From: Myxococcales bacterium
GTDB taxonomy: Bacteria; Myxococcota_A; Polyangia; Polyangiales; DASUME01
DNA length: 64,000 nt
NCBI GenBank assembly: GCA_047601445.1
Contig: JASGJH010000001.1
Location: 5,792,001-5,856,000 of the forward strand
Direction of reading: 5' to 3'
Positions 9,158 through 19,277 of this stretch are shown piece by piece. Each line of letters begins with the position of its first letter. The first letter of the stretch is position 1. A model generated the notes under the pieces. That model was not told where the DNA came from. It did no database searches and saw only the letters and a program-made list of their open reading frames with translations. The position numbers and the translations under genes were made by a program.

Positions 9158-11281
9158 TCAGCGACGCCCGCGCGCTCTGCCACCCGGTGCAGTCTTACCT
9201 GCACTTGCGCGCCCCGCCGAGCTGCCCCGGGTACCAGCCTTGCTCCCCGCGCTCTTGCCCGCGGAGGCCTTTTTTACGGGACCATTGCTGGTCGGCGCAG
9301 CGCCTCCCTCCGCAGCTCGAATCTGATCGCGAATCCGCGCGGCCTTCTCGAAATCCAGGTTTTCCGCGGCCAACAGCATCTCGCTGCGCAGCATCTCCAC
9401 GTGCTCTCGCAGCTCCTCGGGCGACTTGGGGGCGTTCTTCCCCAGTACCGGAGGTAGGGCCACGTAGTCCCGCTCCCCGGCCCCCGCGTCCGTGAGGGTG
9501 AGCAAGGACTTCACGACCGTGCGCGGGGTGATGCCGTGGGTCTCGTTGTAGACCCGCTGCTTCTCGCGTCGCCGATCGGTCTCGTCGATGGCCTGCTCCA
9601 TGGCCTGAGTGATCTTGTCGGCGTACATGATGACTTCGCCGTTCACGTTGCGCGCGGCGCGGCCGATGGTCTGGATGAGCGAGCGCGGCGAGCGCAGGAA
9701 GCCTTCCTTGTCGGCGTCCAGAATGGCCACCAGGGAGACCTCGGGTAGGTCCAACCCCTCGCGCAGCAAGTTGATGCCGATCAGCACGTCGAACACGCCG
9801 CTGCGCAGGTCGCGAATGACATCGATGCGCTCGAGAGTGTCGATGTCGCTGTGCAGATAGCGGCACTTCACGTTGAGCTCGCCGTAGTACTCGGCCAAGT
9901 CCTCGGCCATGCGCTTGGTCAGCACCGTGACCAGCACGCGCTCGTTCTTGGCGACGCGATCCCGGATCTCCCCGAGTAGGTCGTCCACTTGGTTGCCGAC
10001 CGGCTTCACCTGGATCTTCGGATCCATCAGGCCCGTCGGTCGAATCACCTGCTCCACGAAGCTGCCCTGGGTTTGCTCGAGCTCCCAGTCGCCCGGCGTG
10101 GCGCTCACGTAGATGGCGTTCTTGATGTGCGTCTCGAACTCGTGAAACTGCAGTGGTCGGTTGTCGACCGCGCTCGGCAAGCGGAAGCCATGCTCCACCA
10201 GCGTGTCTTTGCGCGAGCGGTCCCCGCGGTACATCGCGCCGATCTGCGGCACCGTCTGGTGCGACTCATCGAGCACCAGCAGGAAGTTCTGGGGGAAGTA
10301 GTCGATGAGCGTGGGCGGCGGTTCGCCCGGTTTGCGGCTGGAGAAGTGTCGCGAGTAGTTCTCGATGCCATGGCAGAAGCCCATCTGCTCCAGCATCTCC
10401 AGGTCGTAGAGCGTGCGCTGCTCCAGGCGCTGTTTCTCGAGCAGCTTGTTCTCCGTGCCCAGCACCGCCAGGCGCTCCGTGAGGGCTTCTCGGATGGAGG
10501 CCATGGCGATGCGTCGTTGCTCGAGCGGCGTGACGAAGTGCGAGCCAGGGTAGATGCCGTATTGCTCGAGCTCGTTCTGCACCTTGCCGCGCAGAGGGTC
10601 GATCTCCGTGATGCGCTCGATCTCGTCGCCCCAAAACTCGATGCGCACCGCGCGGTCTTGTTCGTAGGCGGGAAAGACCTCAACCACGTCCCCGCGCACG
10701 CGGAACGTGCCACGGTGGAAGTCGGTGTCGTTGCGATCGTACTGGATGTCCACCAGCTGCTTGAGCAGCATGTCGCGCCGAATGGTCTGGCCCTTCTTCA
10801 GCTCGATCAACATGCCCTGGTACCACTCGGCCGAGCCGATGCCGTAGATGCAGGACACGCTGGCGACGATGATCACGTCGTGGCGCGAGAGCAGCGAGCG
10901 CGTGGCGCTGTGGCGCATGCGGTCGATCTGCTCGTTGACGATGGCGTCCTTCTCGATGAACGTGTCGCTGGTGGGGATGTAGGCTTCGGGCTGGTAGTAG
11001 TCGTAGTAGCTGACGAAGTACTCCACCGCGTTGTTGGGGAAGAGCTCCTTCATCTCGCCGTAGAGCTGGGCGCTCAAGGTCTTGTTGGGCGTGATGATCA
11101 GGGTGGGCCGCTGCACCTGCGCGATCACGTTCGCGATGGTGAAGGTCTTGCCGCTGCCCGTGATGCCCAGCAGCACCTGGTGCCTCTCGTCTTGGCTCAG
11201 GCCGCGCGTGAGCGCTTCGATGGCGGCCGGTTGGTCGCCTGACGGGGAGAACTTGCTCACCAGCTCGAAAGGACGGGCCAT
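9158..11281 (-). CDS. uvrB: Excinuclease ABC subunit B
   Basis: [43 protein letters not shown]-terminal UVR domain. Confidence 0.98.
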   Translation of the reverse strand: MARPFELVSKFSPSGDQPAAIEALTRGLSQDERHQVLLGITGSGKTFTIANVIAQVQRPTLIITPNKTLSAQLYGEMKELFPNNAVEYFVSYYDYYQPEAYIPTSDTFIEKDAIVNEQIDRMRHSATRSLLSRHDVIIVASVSCIYGIGSAEWYQGMLIELKKGQTIRRDMLLKQLVDIQYDRNDTDFHRGTFRVRGDVVEVFPAYEQDRAVRIEFWGDEIERITEIDPLRGKVQNELEQYGIYPGSHFVTPLEQRRIAMASIREALTERLAVLGTENKLLEKQRLEQRTLYDLEMLEQMGFCHGIENYSRHFSSRKPGEPPPTLIDYFPQNFLLVLDESHQTVPQIGAMYRGDRSRKDTLVEHGFRLPSAVDNRPLQFHEFETHIKNAIYVSATPGDWELEQTQGSFVEQVIRPTGLMDPKIQVKPVGNQVDDLLGEIRDRVAKNERVLVTVLTKRMAEDLAEYYGELNVKCRYLHSDIDTLERIDVIRDLRSGVFDVLIGINLLREGLDLPEVSLVAILDADKEGFLRSPRSLIQTIGRAARNVNGEVIMYADKITQAMEQAIDETDRRREKQRVYNETHGITPRTVVKSLLTLTDAGAGERDYVALPPVLGKNAPKSPEELREHVEMLRSEMLLAAENLDFEKAARIRDQIRAAEGGAAPTSNGPVKKASAGKSAGSKAGTRGSSAGRASAGKTAPGGRARGRR

Positions 11282-11309
11282 CGGCGGAGGTTGCCACGCA
11301 GACCTTGGC

Positions 11310-11325
11310 CTGCAAGGAGGTTCAG
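11310..11325. promoter_or_regulatory. Putative LexA (SOS) box upstream of uvrB
   Basis: CTGCAAGGAGGTTCAG matches the CTRHAM and GTTCAG ends of the M. xanthus consensus CTRHAMRYBYGTTCAGS; ~30 bp upstream of the uvrB start. Confidence 0.7.
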
Positions 11326-11579
11326 TGGGAATCGCGCGGCGCCTGCACCGCCCAGTGCTCTCTCATTAACGATGCAGGTCCAGTCGGGGCCCAGGCGACC
11401 AAGCCCGCTGATCCTCCGGTCGAGTCGTCATTGGTTTGCCCCGGGCAGCGCCGAGGTCCGCGCCGGCCAGACCCGATACGAGGTACAACTAGACAACGTC
11501 GAATGTCAGCTTCTGGGTTCGCCATCGTATTAGCGTTTTGCGGCTGAAACGCCCGACCGCCCAAGCCTGACAGCTTCGT

Positions 11580-12170
11580 ATGTCCTCGCCGTCACTGGAG
11601 AAGGTCGTCCTGCAGGGAGAAGGGGTTCGTCTCGAGCCCCTCTCGGAGTCGCACCTCGAGCCTCGCGCGCGCGCCATCGAAGACGGGGCGCTCTGGGAGA
11701 TCCCGGTGACCTTCGTCCCCCATCCTCGTGACTTGCCCGCGTTCTTGGCCGAGATCGAGCTCACGCGGAACTACGGCGTCCAGCTCGCCTTCGCCACCAT
11801 CGACACCCGGCGCGGACAGCTGGTCGGCAGCACGCGCTTCATGAATTTCGTGGCGGCCCATCGGAGCGTCGAGATTGGCTTCACCTTCCTGGCGGAGTCG
11901 GCCCAGCGCAGCCATGTGAACACGGAAGCCAAGTACCTCATGTTGAGGCACGCCTTCGAGAGCTGGGGCCTGAATCGGGTCGAGCTCATCACCGACGCGT
12001 TGAACACAAAGTCTCGTGCGGCCATCACGCGTCTGGGTGCCAAGCAGGAAGGCATCCTGCGAAGTCACATGGTCATGCGCGACGGGCGCATCCGGGACTC
12101 GGTACTCTTCGGTATCACCAAAGACGACTGGCCCGAGGTCAGGCGACGCCTGGAAGCGAGCTTGCTCTGA
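11580..12170 (+). CDS. GNAT (RimJ/RimL-like) N-acetyltransferase
   Basis: VGSTRF, VEIGFTF, NTEAKYLMLRHAFE, RLGAKQEGILRSH motifs. Confidence 0.9.
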   Translation: MSSPSLEKVVLQGEGVRLEPLSESHLEPRARAIEDGALWEIPVTFVPHPRDLPAFLAEIELTRNYGVQLAFATIDTRRGQLVGSTRFMNFVAAHRSVEIGFTFLAESAQRSHVNTEAKYLMLRHAFESWGLNRVELITDALNTKSRAAITRLGAKQEGILRSHMVMRDGRIRDSVLFGITKDDWPEVRRRLEASLL

Positions 12171-12173
12171 TGC

Positions 12174-13040
12174 CTAGAGCGGCAGAATGAAGCGCGCGTA
12201 GATCAAGGTCGCCGTCGACGTGAACATGAGCGCGTCGATGCGGTCGATGAGCCCGCCGTGACCCGGTACGATCTTCCCGCTGTCCTTGGTGCCCGTACTG
12301 CGCTTCACGAGTGATTCGACCAGATCCCCGCAGATGCCGAGGGGACAGCCGATGAGGGCGAGCGCGAGTCCACCCAGCAGAGGCAGCTTGGGCAGGTACC
12401 AAAAATGCGCCAGGAGCACGCCCACGAGTCCGCCGCCCACCGCGCCGAGCGCGCCCTCCCAGGTCTTGTTGGGAGAAATGTTCGGGGACATCTTGCTGGG
12501 TCCAAAGATCTTCCCGCCCAGGAAGCGACCTGCGAAGTAGCCGCCGGTATCGGCGAACCAGGCCAACATCATGGAGAGCACCACCCATTGGCCACCGAAG
12601 GGTTGGGCGTGCAACGCCGCCAAGGTGGAGATGGTGCCACCGATGTAGAAGGGGCCGGCCACCAGCCAGGCCATCCGCATGCCGGCCGTCTCGTTCGGCA
12701 TCGGTCGGGTCAGCGACATCAAGAGTGATGCGAGTACGAGCACCAAGATGCCTGGGACGAGCAGCGGCGAGGGCTGCTCGGAGGCCATCGACAGATAGAA
12801 GATGCCCCCCATCGCCAGCGTGGAGAGGACGCCCCAGGCCTGCAGCAGTTTGGCCTCGGGGAAGACCATCCGGAACAGCTCGTGGGCGGCGATCCCCATG
12901 GCGGGCCCGAGCACGAACGTGGCCCACACATAGTGAGGTGCGATCAGCAGAGCCCACAAAATGAACGGCACCGCCACGCCCGCGGTGGCGAAGCGGAGGG
13001 CCAGGTTCTTGTTTTTGGCGGCGGTGGTTTCGGCGGACAT
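12174..13040 (-). CDS. cdsA: Phosphatidate cytidylyltransferase
   Basis: DTGGYFAG, SPNKTWEG, GDLVESLVKR, KDSGKIVPGHGGLIDRID; start taken at MSAETT. Confidence 0.95.
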   Translation of the reverse strand: MSAETTAAKNKNLALRFATAGVAVPFILWALLIAPHYVWATFVLGPAMGIAAHELFRMVFPEAKLLQAWGVLSTLAMGGIFYLSMASEQPSPLLVPGILVLVLASLLMSLTRPMPNETAGMRMAWLVAGPFYIGGTISTLAALHAQPFGGQWVVLSMMLAWFADTGGYFAGRFLGGKIFGPSKMSPNISPNKTWEGALGAVGGGLVGVLLAHFWYLPKLPLLGGLALALIGCPLGICGDLVESLVKRSTGTKDSGKIVPGHGGLIDRIDALMFTSTATLIYARFILPL

Positions 13041-13145
13041 CGTCAGGTTCTGAACGGCGGTGCGCTTGTAGCACCGGCGGTCGACGCGTGGTCGTCCGCG
13101 CGCGAGCAGCGCCGTGCGCGTCGAAACGGGCACGCTCTCGGCAGT

Positions 13146-13928
13146 TTAGCCGGCGATTGCCTTGGCCAGAACTTCTTGGCTTGCCGTGACGTTCGGACCC
13201 TGAACGTTGTCGGCCAGACCGAAGCGGCGATTGCGCTGCTGGAACGCGTAGACGGCCTCGAACAACTGGGGCTGTCCAAACTCGGGCCAGAGATTGGGAC
13301 TGAAGTGCAACTCGGCATAGGCGCCGGCCCAGATCAGGAAGTTGCTGGTGCGGAACTCGCCGCCGGTGCGAACCAGGAGGTCCACCGGTCCGACCCCGAG
13401 GCTGCTCGGGAGGATCTTCGTGATGGCGTCCTCGTTGAGGTCCTCAATGGACATCTCGCCGGCTTGCACGCGCCGCGCGAGTTCCTGGGCGGCGTCCGCT
13501 ACCTCTTCGCGTCCACCGTAAGATAGACACAAGGTAAGGGTCATGCCCGTGCAGTGCGCCGTGGCCGAGGTGACCTCCTCCACCAGCTTGAGTACTTGCT
13601 GGGGTAGACGGGAGAGGCGTCCGATGGAGCGGAAGCGCACGCCGTCCTTAATGAGCTTCTCGCGCTCGCTGAGCAGGTACTCGGCGAGGAGGGCCATCAG
13701 GGCGTTGACCTCTTCCTCGGGTCGAGCCCAGTTTTGCTCGCTGAAGGCGTACAAGGTGAGCGCCTTGAGACCGAGGCGGCGGCTCGCCTCCACGATCTTG
13801 CGCACGGACTTGGCACCTTCTCGATGGCCTTCCCAGCGGGGGCGCCCGCGGTCTTTGGCCCAACGGCCATTGCCGTCCATGATGATCGCAACGTGGTGGG
13901 GGAGTCGGCTAAGCTCTACAAGCGACAC
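13146..13928 (-). CDS. uppS: Undecaprenyl diphosphate synthase
   Basis: HVAIIMDGNGRWA, LYAFSEQNWARP, YGGREE, RTGGEFRTSNFLIW; upstream of cdsA as usual. Confidence 0.95.
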   Translation of the reverse strand: MSLVELSRLPHHVAIIMDGNGRWAKDRGRPRWEGHREGAKSVRKIVEASRRLGLKALTLYAFSEQNWARPEEEVNALMALLAEYLLSEREKLIKDGVRFRSIGRLSRLPQQVLKLVEEVTSATAHCTGMTLTLCLSYGGREEVADAAQELARRVQAGEMSIEDLNEDAITKILPSSLGVGPVDLLVRTGGEFRTSNFLIWAGAYAELHFSPNLWPEFGQPQLFEAVYAFQQRNRRFGLADNVQGPNVTASQEVLAKAIAG

Positions 13929-14158
13929 AGCATCATGCGGTTATCACGCCGCACCGGTGATCAGCAAGCTGAGCGGATGTTGCGCGTGCTCGTGGGTTGA
14001 AAGTTGCGTCCAGGCTGATTACTCCTGGGGCAGATCAGGTAAGGATCGCTGCGCGCTTTTGCGGGCGATTTGTGTTGGTGACGCCACCTAATTGGGCGCC
14101 TGGGTAATTGCGCGCGAGCGCTTGCGTACACACGACGACGAAGGGCGGGACGGCCGAA

Positions 14159-15178
14159 ATGGCGGAGCGCGATTTGTATGCCGAGTTGGGCCTGAAGAAG
14201 GGTGCCAACAAGGACGAGATCAAGAAGGCCTACCGAAAGCTGGCTCGCGAGCTCCATCCTGACCGCAACCCCAACAACCCCAAGGCGGAAGAGCGCTTCA
14301 AGCGCGTCGCCTACGCCAACGACGTGCTGTCCGACGTTCGGAAGCGGGGCCTGTACGACGAGTTCGGCGAGCAGGGCTTGCGTGAGGGTTTCGATGTCGA
14401 GGCCGCCCGGGCCATCAACAACATGCGGTCGGGGGCGGGTCGTTCCGGGGCGTCGTTCGAGGAGATCTTTGGGAATGCTGGACCGGGGGCGGGCGCCAAG
14501 CGCGGCCGCTCGGGTTTCGGGGGCACCCTCGAGGACCTGTTCGGGGGCAACATCGACGAGCTCTTCGGGCGCGGAGGTATGGGTGGCTTCGGTAACCGCG
14601 CCGGCGGGGCGGCGAGTGGCGGAGCTGCGGGAAAGGTCCCAGACCAGGAGAGCGAGATCACCATTGGCTTCGATGAGGCCATGAGCGGCGTCGAAAAGGA
14701 GCTGACCATCCAGGAAGGTCAGCAGCAGCGCCGCCTCCGGGTCCGCATCCCGGCAGGCGTGAGTGATGGCGGAAAGGTCCGCCTGCGTGGCCAGGGCAGT
14801 CGGCGCGGCAATGCGGCGGGCGACCTGGTGCTCACCGTGAAGGTGTCTCCGCACGAACTCTTCCGGCGCGAAGGGGACGACCTGCACCTTGATCTACCGC
14901 TTACACTTTCCGAGGCCTGGCGCGGCGCCACCATCAAGGTTCCGACGCCGGCCGGCGAGGTGGCGCTCAAGATTCCGGCCCGGGCCCAGGGCGGAGCCAA
15001 GCTGCGGTTGCGGGGGAAGGGCGTGGCGAAGCGCGACGGAACCCATGGCGACCTGCTGGTGCATCTCCAGCTGCGGCTACCGGATGGGCGGGACCACGAG
15101 GCGATCGGGCGGGCGCTGGAGTCGCTCGATGGCCAGTACGCCAGCGATGTGCGGAGTGCGCTCAAGAGCCGTACCTGA
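14159..15178 (+). CDS. DnaJ class B (CbpA-like) co-chaperone
   Basis: J-domain with HPD, G/F-rich region, DnaJ C-terminal domain, no zinc finger. Confidence 0.9.
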   Translation: MAERDLYAELGLKKGANKDEIKKAYRKLARELHPDRNPNNPKAEERFKRVAYANDVLSDVRKRGLYDEFGEQGLREGFDVEAARAINNMRSGAGRSGASFEEIFGNAGPGAGAKRGRSGFGGTLEDLFGGNIDELFGRGGMGGFGNRAGGAASGGAAGKVPDQESEITIGFDEAMSGVEKELTIQEGQQQRRLRVRIPAGVSDGGKVRLRGQGSRRGNAAGDLVLTVKVSPHELFRREGDDLHLDLPLTLSEAWRGATIKVPTPAGEVALKIPARAQGGAKLRLRGKGVAKRDGTHGDLLVHLQLRLPDGRDHEAIGRALESLDGQYASDVRSALKSRT

Positions 15179-15411
15179 TCCTTGCCCAGGTGATCTGAAG
15201 TAGGACACGAGCTGGTGCGCTCGGGCGCCGGATCTTCGAGAACCGATGGCCCCTCGCTGAGGACCCGCGGGCCAAAGGAAGTCTCCGGGCCGGCGGTAGC
15301 GCGGCGGGCTCGTTCGTTCGACTTCGTGCGTCGTCGAGCAGGAGCAGGGGGCGCGGTCCGGACACCTCGGAGGGCAGTCCTCGAGGATGTCTGTATGGGC
15401 ACCGGCGGGCA

Positions 15412-15595
15412 CGTTTCACGTGAAACGTGGCTTCGACGAGAGGTGCCGCCGTCTCTCGTGAGACGGAGATGGACCCTGGCTGCCACCTGTTTCACGTGAA
15501 ACAGCCCGTCCGCGGCCGGATACCAAGCACCTCGCGCCGCGCCCATGTTCGATCGCCAGACGACGAGTGGCCCTTCAGTCGTTTCACGTGAAACA
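15412..15595. promoter_or_regulatory. parS cluster: three consensus sites plus one degenerate site
   Basis: CGTTTCACGTGAAACG (15412-15427), TGTTTCACGTGAAACA (15488-15503), CGTTTCACGTGAAACA (15580-15595); degenerate CGTCTCTCGTGAGACG (15450-15465). Confidence 0.93.
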
Positions 15596-15716
15596 CAATC
15601 ACCACCATGCGTGACATTACGTGTATCTCTCATCCGGTGGGGTTTCCCCTCCTCCCGAAGAGCCGCCGCTGAGACAACTCCTTTGCCCCCGGAAACTCGC
15701 TGCTAGTCTTCGCCGC

Positions 15717-16875
15717 GTGTCGTTTTTAGAGCTTGTCGAAGCCGCCCTGGCGGAAGTCGAGAACGCCGGCCTGCGGCGGCGCGCGCGAGAGATTGAGGGC
15801 CCCCAAGGGCCGCGCCTGATGGTGGATGGCCGCTCGGTTCTGAGTCTGTGCTCGAACAACTATCTCGGGCTCGCCAACCATCCGCTCCTGGTCGCCGCCC
15901 TGCGGCGAGGCCTCGAAGAGGACGGAACTCGGCTCGGGCGCGTCGCGCCTCATCTCCGGGAACATGCGGGCCCACCGTGACGCCGAGGCTGCGCTGGCTT
16001 CGTTCCTGGGTGCCCCGGCCAGCGCCCTCTTTTCGAGCGGCTACGCCTGCAACGTGGGCGTCATCCAGGGACTCGCCACACGGAACGACGTGGTGTTTAG
16101 CGACGCGCTCAACCACGCCAGCCTCATCGACGGCGCCCGCCTGAGTCGGGCCGAGGTCATCATCTACAAGCACTGCGACCTGGCCGACCTGCGGGACAAG
16201 CTCCAGCGCGAACGTGCCAGGGGTCGCAACGCCATGGTGGTCACCGAGTCCGTGTTCTCTATGGACGGCGACCAGGCCCCCTTGGCCGAGCTCGCGGAAC
16301 TTGCTCGGGAGCATGCGGCGGGCTTCGTGGTCGACGAGGCGCATGCGCTGGGGGTGTTCGGACCCGCCGGTCGTGGCCTTTGCGCGCACCTCGGCCTGAC
16401 CCCGGACGTGCTGATCGGCACTCTGGGGAAGGCCTTTGGGGCGCAGGGAGCTTTCGTGGCGGCGGCCGAGCCTGTGATCGATCTGGTCCGCAACCGCGCC
16501 CGCAGCTACGTCTTTTCGACCGCGCCCTCGCCGAGCTTGGCCCGCGCCGCCGTCGCTGCGGTGCGCCTGGTGCGCGAGGCCGACGGCCTCCGCGCCAAGC
16601 TGACCCGCCACTATCGACGGCTGCGCGAAGGCCTCGGAGCGCTCGGCTACCGCGTGCTCCCCGGCGAGAGTCCCATCATCCCGGTGATGATCGGCGAACC
16701 AGGCCCCACCATGCAGCTTTCGAGGGCACTGCTCGAGCACGGCGTGTTCGCTCACGGCATTCGGCCGCCCACGGTACCGCCCGGCAGCGGCCGGTTGCGC
16801 GTGGTGCCGATGGCGACCCATAGCGACGATGACATCGAGGAGGCCCTGGCTGCCTTCCGGGCGGTGCGGCCATGA
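15717..16875 (+). pseudogene. bioF: 8-amino-7-oxononanoate synthase interrupted by a +1 frameshift (pseudogene or sequencing error)
   Basis: CSNNYLGLA in one frame; GSGASRLISGN, DALNHASLIDG, VDEAHALG, GTLGKAFG in the next. Removing one A at 15926-15927 joins them. Confidence 0.85.
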
Positions 16876-17558
16876 GAGGACTCTTCATCAGCGCTACGGG
16901 CACCGGCGTGGGCAAGACCTTCGTGACCCGAGGTCTGGCCGCGGCGATGCACGCGAGCGGACGCCGTGTGGCTGCGCTCAAGCCCATGGAGACGGGAGTC
17001 TCGGACCTCGATCGCTCCGACGCTGCGCTGCTCGCGAGGGCCTGCGGTCGTCCCGAGCTCGCGGACTATCCAGGCTTCTACCGAGCCAAGCTGGGGGTCG
17101 CCCCGTACGCAGCTCAACTCGAGGGCGAGCCTGCGCCGCCACCCGTGCGGGCTCTGGTGGACGCCGTGCACCACGCGGCGCGCGGCTCCGAGTTCGCGCT
17201 GGTGGAGGGGGCAGGGGGACTGTTGGTGCCCATCGACCGCCGCCAGACCATGGCCGACCTGGTGGCCGCGCTTGGATTGCCGCTGGTGCTGGTGGCGCCC
17301 AATGCGCTCGGCGTGCTCTCCCATGTGCTCACCGCGGCTGAATCGGCCCGCAGTCGTGGCATCGAGCTGCGCGCCTTGGTGCTGGTCGATCCAGCGCAGC
17401 CCGGCGATGAGTTGAGCATGCGCACCAACGCCAAGATCCTCGACGAGCGTCTCGGAACTCCGGTGTTCGAGTTCCCCCACGTACAGGATGCCGACGAGGC
17501 GCTCGCCCAGGCCGCCAACACCAGCTCGCTCGTCGATCTGTTGCTCGACTCACGCTAG
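16872..17558 (+). CDS. bioD: Dethiobiotin synthase
   Basis: TGTGVGKT, KPMETG, VEGAGGLLVP; ATGA overlap with bioF. Confidence 0.95.
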   Translation: MRGLFISATGTGVGKTFVTRGLAAAMHASGRRVAALKPMETGVSDLDRSDAALLARACGRPELADYPGFYRAKLGVAPYAAQLEGEPAPPPVRALVDAVHHAARGSEFALVEGAGGLLVPIDRRQTMADLVAALGLPLVLVAPNALGVLSHVLTAAESARSRGIELRALVLVDPAQPGDELSMRTNAKILDERLGTPVFEFPHVQDADEALAQAANTSSLVDLLLDSR

Positions 17559-17691
17559 TAACGCCTGCGGCTCTCCCGGCCACCCACCTGTGAGCGCGCT
17601 ACCCCGCGCTCGCATGGGTCGCCGAAACGGCCGCCAGCTGGCGTCCCCAGTTGCACCCAGTGCCCACCCAGGTACCTTCCGCCCAGCTCCA

Positions 17692-18789
17692 ATGACCAAA
17701 CGCGTCGTCAATTTCAACGCCGGCCCCGCTGCGCTCCCCCTTCAAGCCCTCGAACGCGCTCAGCGCGAGTTCCTCGATTTCGAGGGCACGGGCATGTCCA
17801 TCATGGAGCACAGCCACCGCGGCAAGGACTACGAGCGCGTCCACAACGAGGCCATCGCGCTGCTCACCGAACTGCTGCAGATCCCGGACGACTACCAGGT
17901 ACTGCTCATGCAGGGCGGGGCCACGGCGCAGTTCGCGTACATCCCTATGAATCTCCTGCCCGCCGGCAAGAGCGCGGACTTCCTGCTCACTGGCATCTGG
18001 GCGCGCAAGGCCTACGCCGAGGCGCAGTTCGTGGGCAAGGCACGCATCGCGGCCAACGTGGAGGGCGAGGGTGGCCTGTGCACGCGCGTGCCCACGCAGG
18101 CCGAACTCAAGCTGGATCCCGAGGCGGCCTATCTCCACTTCTGCAGCAACAACACCATCATGGGCACCCAGTTCCATGACTTCCCCGAGCCGCCTGCGGG
18201 CGTGCCTCTGTTCTGTGACATGTCGAGCGACATCCTGTGGCGCTCCATCGACGTGTCGAAGTTTGGCCTGATCTACGCCGGTGCCCAGAAGAACATCGGC
18301 CCCTCAGGCGTCACCCTGGTGATCGCCAAGAAGTCCCTGATCGCCGCGGGGCGCGAGGACATCCCCAAGATCTTCCGCTTCAAGGAGCACGCGAAGGAGA
18401 ACTCGCTGCTCAACACCGCGCCCACGTTCGCCATCTACATGGTGCGCAACGTGCTGCAGGTCGTGAAGGAGCAGGGTGGCGTGGCCGCGATGGAGAAGCG
18501 CAATCGCGAGAAGGCGCGCCTGGTCTACGACCTCATCGATGAGAACCCGAGCTTCTTCCGTAGCTCCGTGGAAAAGGCGAGCCGCTCGGTGATGAACCCA
18601 GTGTTCCGCCTCCCGAGCGAGGAGCTGGACAAGAAGATGGTGGCCGAGGCTGCCGCGACGGGCTTCGTGGGCATCAAGGGCCACAAGCTGGTCGGTGGTA
18701 TCCGCGTCTCTCAGTACAACGCCACCACCCCGGAACAGGTCGCCCAGTTCGTCGAGTGGGCTCGCGGCTTCGCCAAGACCAACGGCTGA
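17692..18789 (+). CDS. serC: Phosphoserine aminotransferase
   Basis: NFNAGPAALP, MEHSHR, QGGATAQF, DMSSD, AGAQKNIGPSG. Confidence 0.97.
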   Translation: MTKRVVNFNAGPAALPLQALERAQREFLDFEGTGMSIMEHSHRGKDYERVHNEAIALLTELLQIPDDYQVLLMQGGATAQFAYIPMNLLPAGKSADFLLTGIWARKAYAEAQFVGKARIAANVEGEGGLCTRVPTQAELKLDPEAAYLHFCSNNTIMGTQFHDFPEPPAGVPLFCDMSSDILWRSIDVSKFGLIYAGAQKNIGPSGVTLVIAKKSLIAAGREDIPKIFRFKEHAKENSLLNTAPTFAIYMVRNVLQVVKEQGGVAAMEKRNREKARLVYDLIDENPSFFRSSVEKASRSVMNPVFRLPSEELDKKMVAEAAATGFVGIKGHKLVGGIRVSQYNATTPEQVAQFVEWARGFAKTNG

Positions 18790-18874
18790 GTGGGCTGCCG
18801 TTTGAGCGCGCTACCGCTTGAGCGCGCTACCGCTTGAGCGCGTTACCGCTTGAGCGCGTTACCGCTGAGCGCGA
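18786..18874. repeat. 16-bp tandem repeat TTGAGCGCG(C/T)TACCGC
   Basis: Four full copies at 18802, 18818, 18834, 18850, a partial copy at 18866 and a degenerate copy at 18786 containing the serC stop. Confidence 0.95.
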
Positions 18875-18932
18875 TGCCTTGAAGTTCTCCTGGCGAACTG
18901 TCGGTGCGCGTCGCGAGCCCTCGAGGGGCCAG

Positions 18933-19238
18933 CTATTTCTTGCCCGCCGCCAGTTCCTGCTCGCGCAGGGCGATGTCCTGGGTGAGCCGGCGCCGGGTCC
19001 AGCGGTTCTCGCTCTTGCGCATGCGGATCAAGTAAGCCTGCGTGCCGACCAGCGCAGCCGTGGTGAGGATGGTGGCCACGGCCCAACCGAAGCCCTTGAA
19101 GTACCCCACGAAGGGGGCCGCCACGGCAAACAGCCCGTAGCGAGGCACGCGCGTCCACAGGTGATCGAGGTGGGCGTCGAGCTCGTCGAGCCTCGCGATC
19201 TCGGCCTGGTAGAGTTTGATGCGCTCGTCTTCCGCCAT
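18933..19238 (-). CDS. Small hypothetical membrane protein
   Basis: 101 aa, two hydrophobic helices flanked by charged helices; follows the radical SAM gene. Confidence 0.7.
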   Translation of the reverse strand: MAEDERIKLYQAEIARLDELDAHLDHLWTRVPRYGLFAVAAPFVGYFKGFGWAVATILTTAALVGTQAYLIRMRKSENRWTRRRLTQDIALREQELAAGKK

Positions 19239-19277
19239 CGCCTGGGTTTGTAGGGCGGCCGAGGCCGAAGCACCAGT

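Noticed and set aside
12174..13928. uppS-cdsA without adjacent dxr/rseP/frr
   Set aside because: Ordinary gene-order variation; many myxobacteria use the mevalonate pathway.
18786..18874. Possible CRISPR array
   Set aside because: Units are contiguous 16-mers with no spacers, and there are no cas genes in the window.
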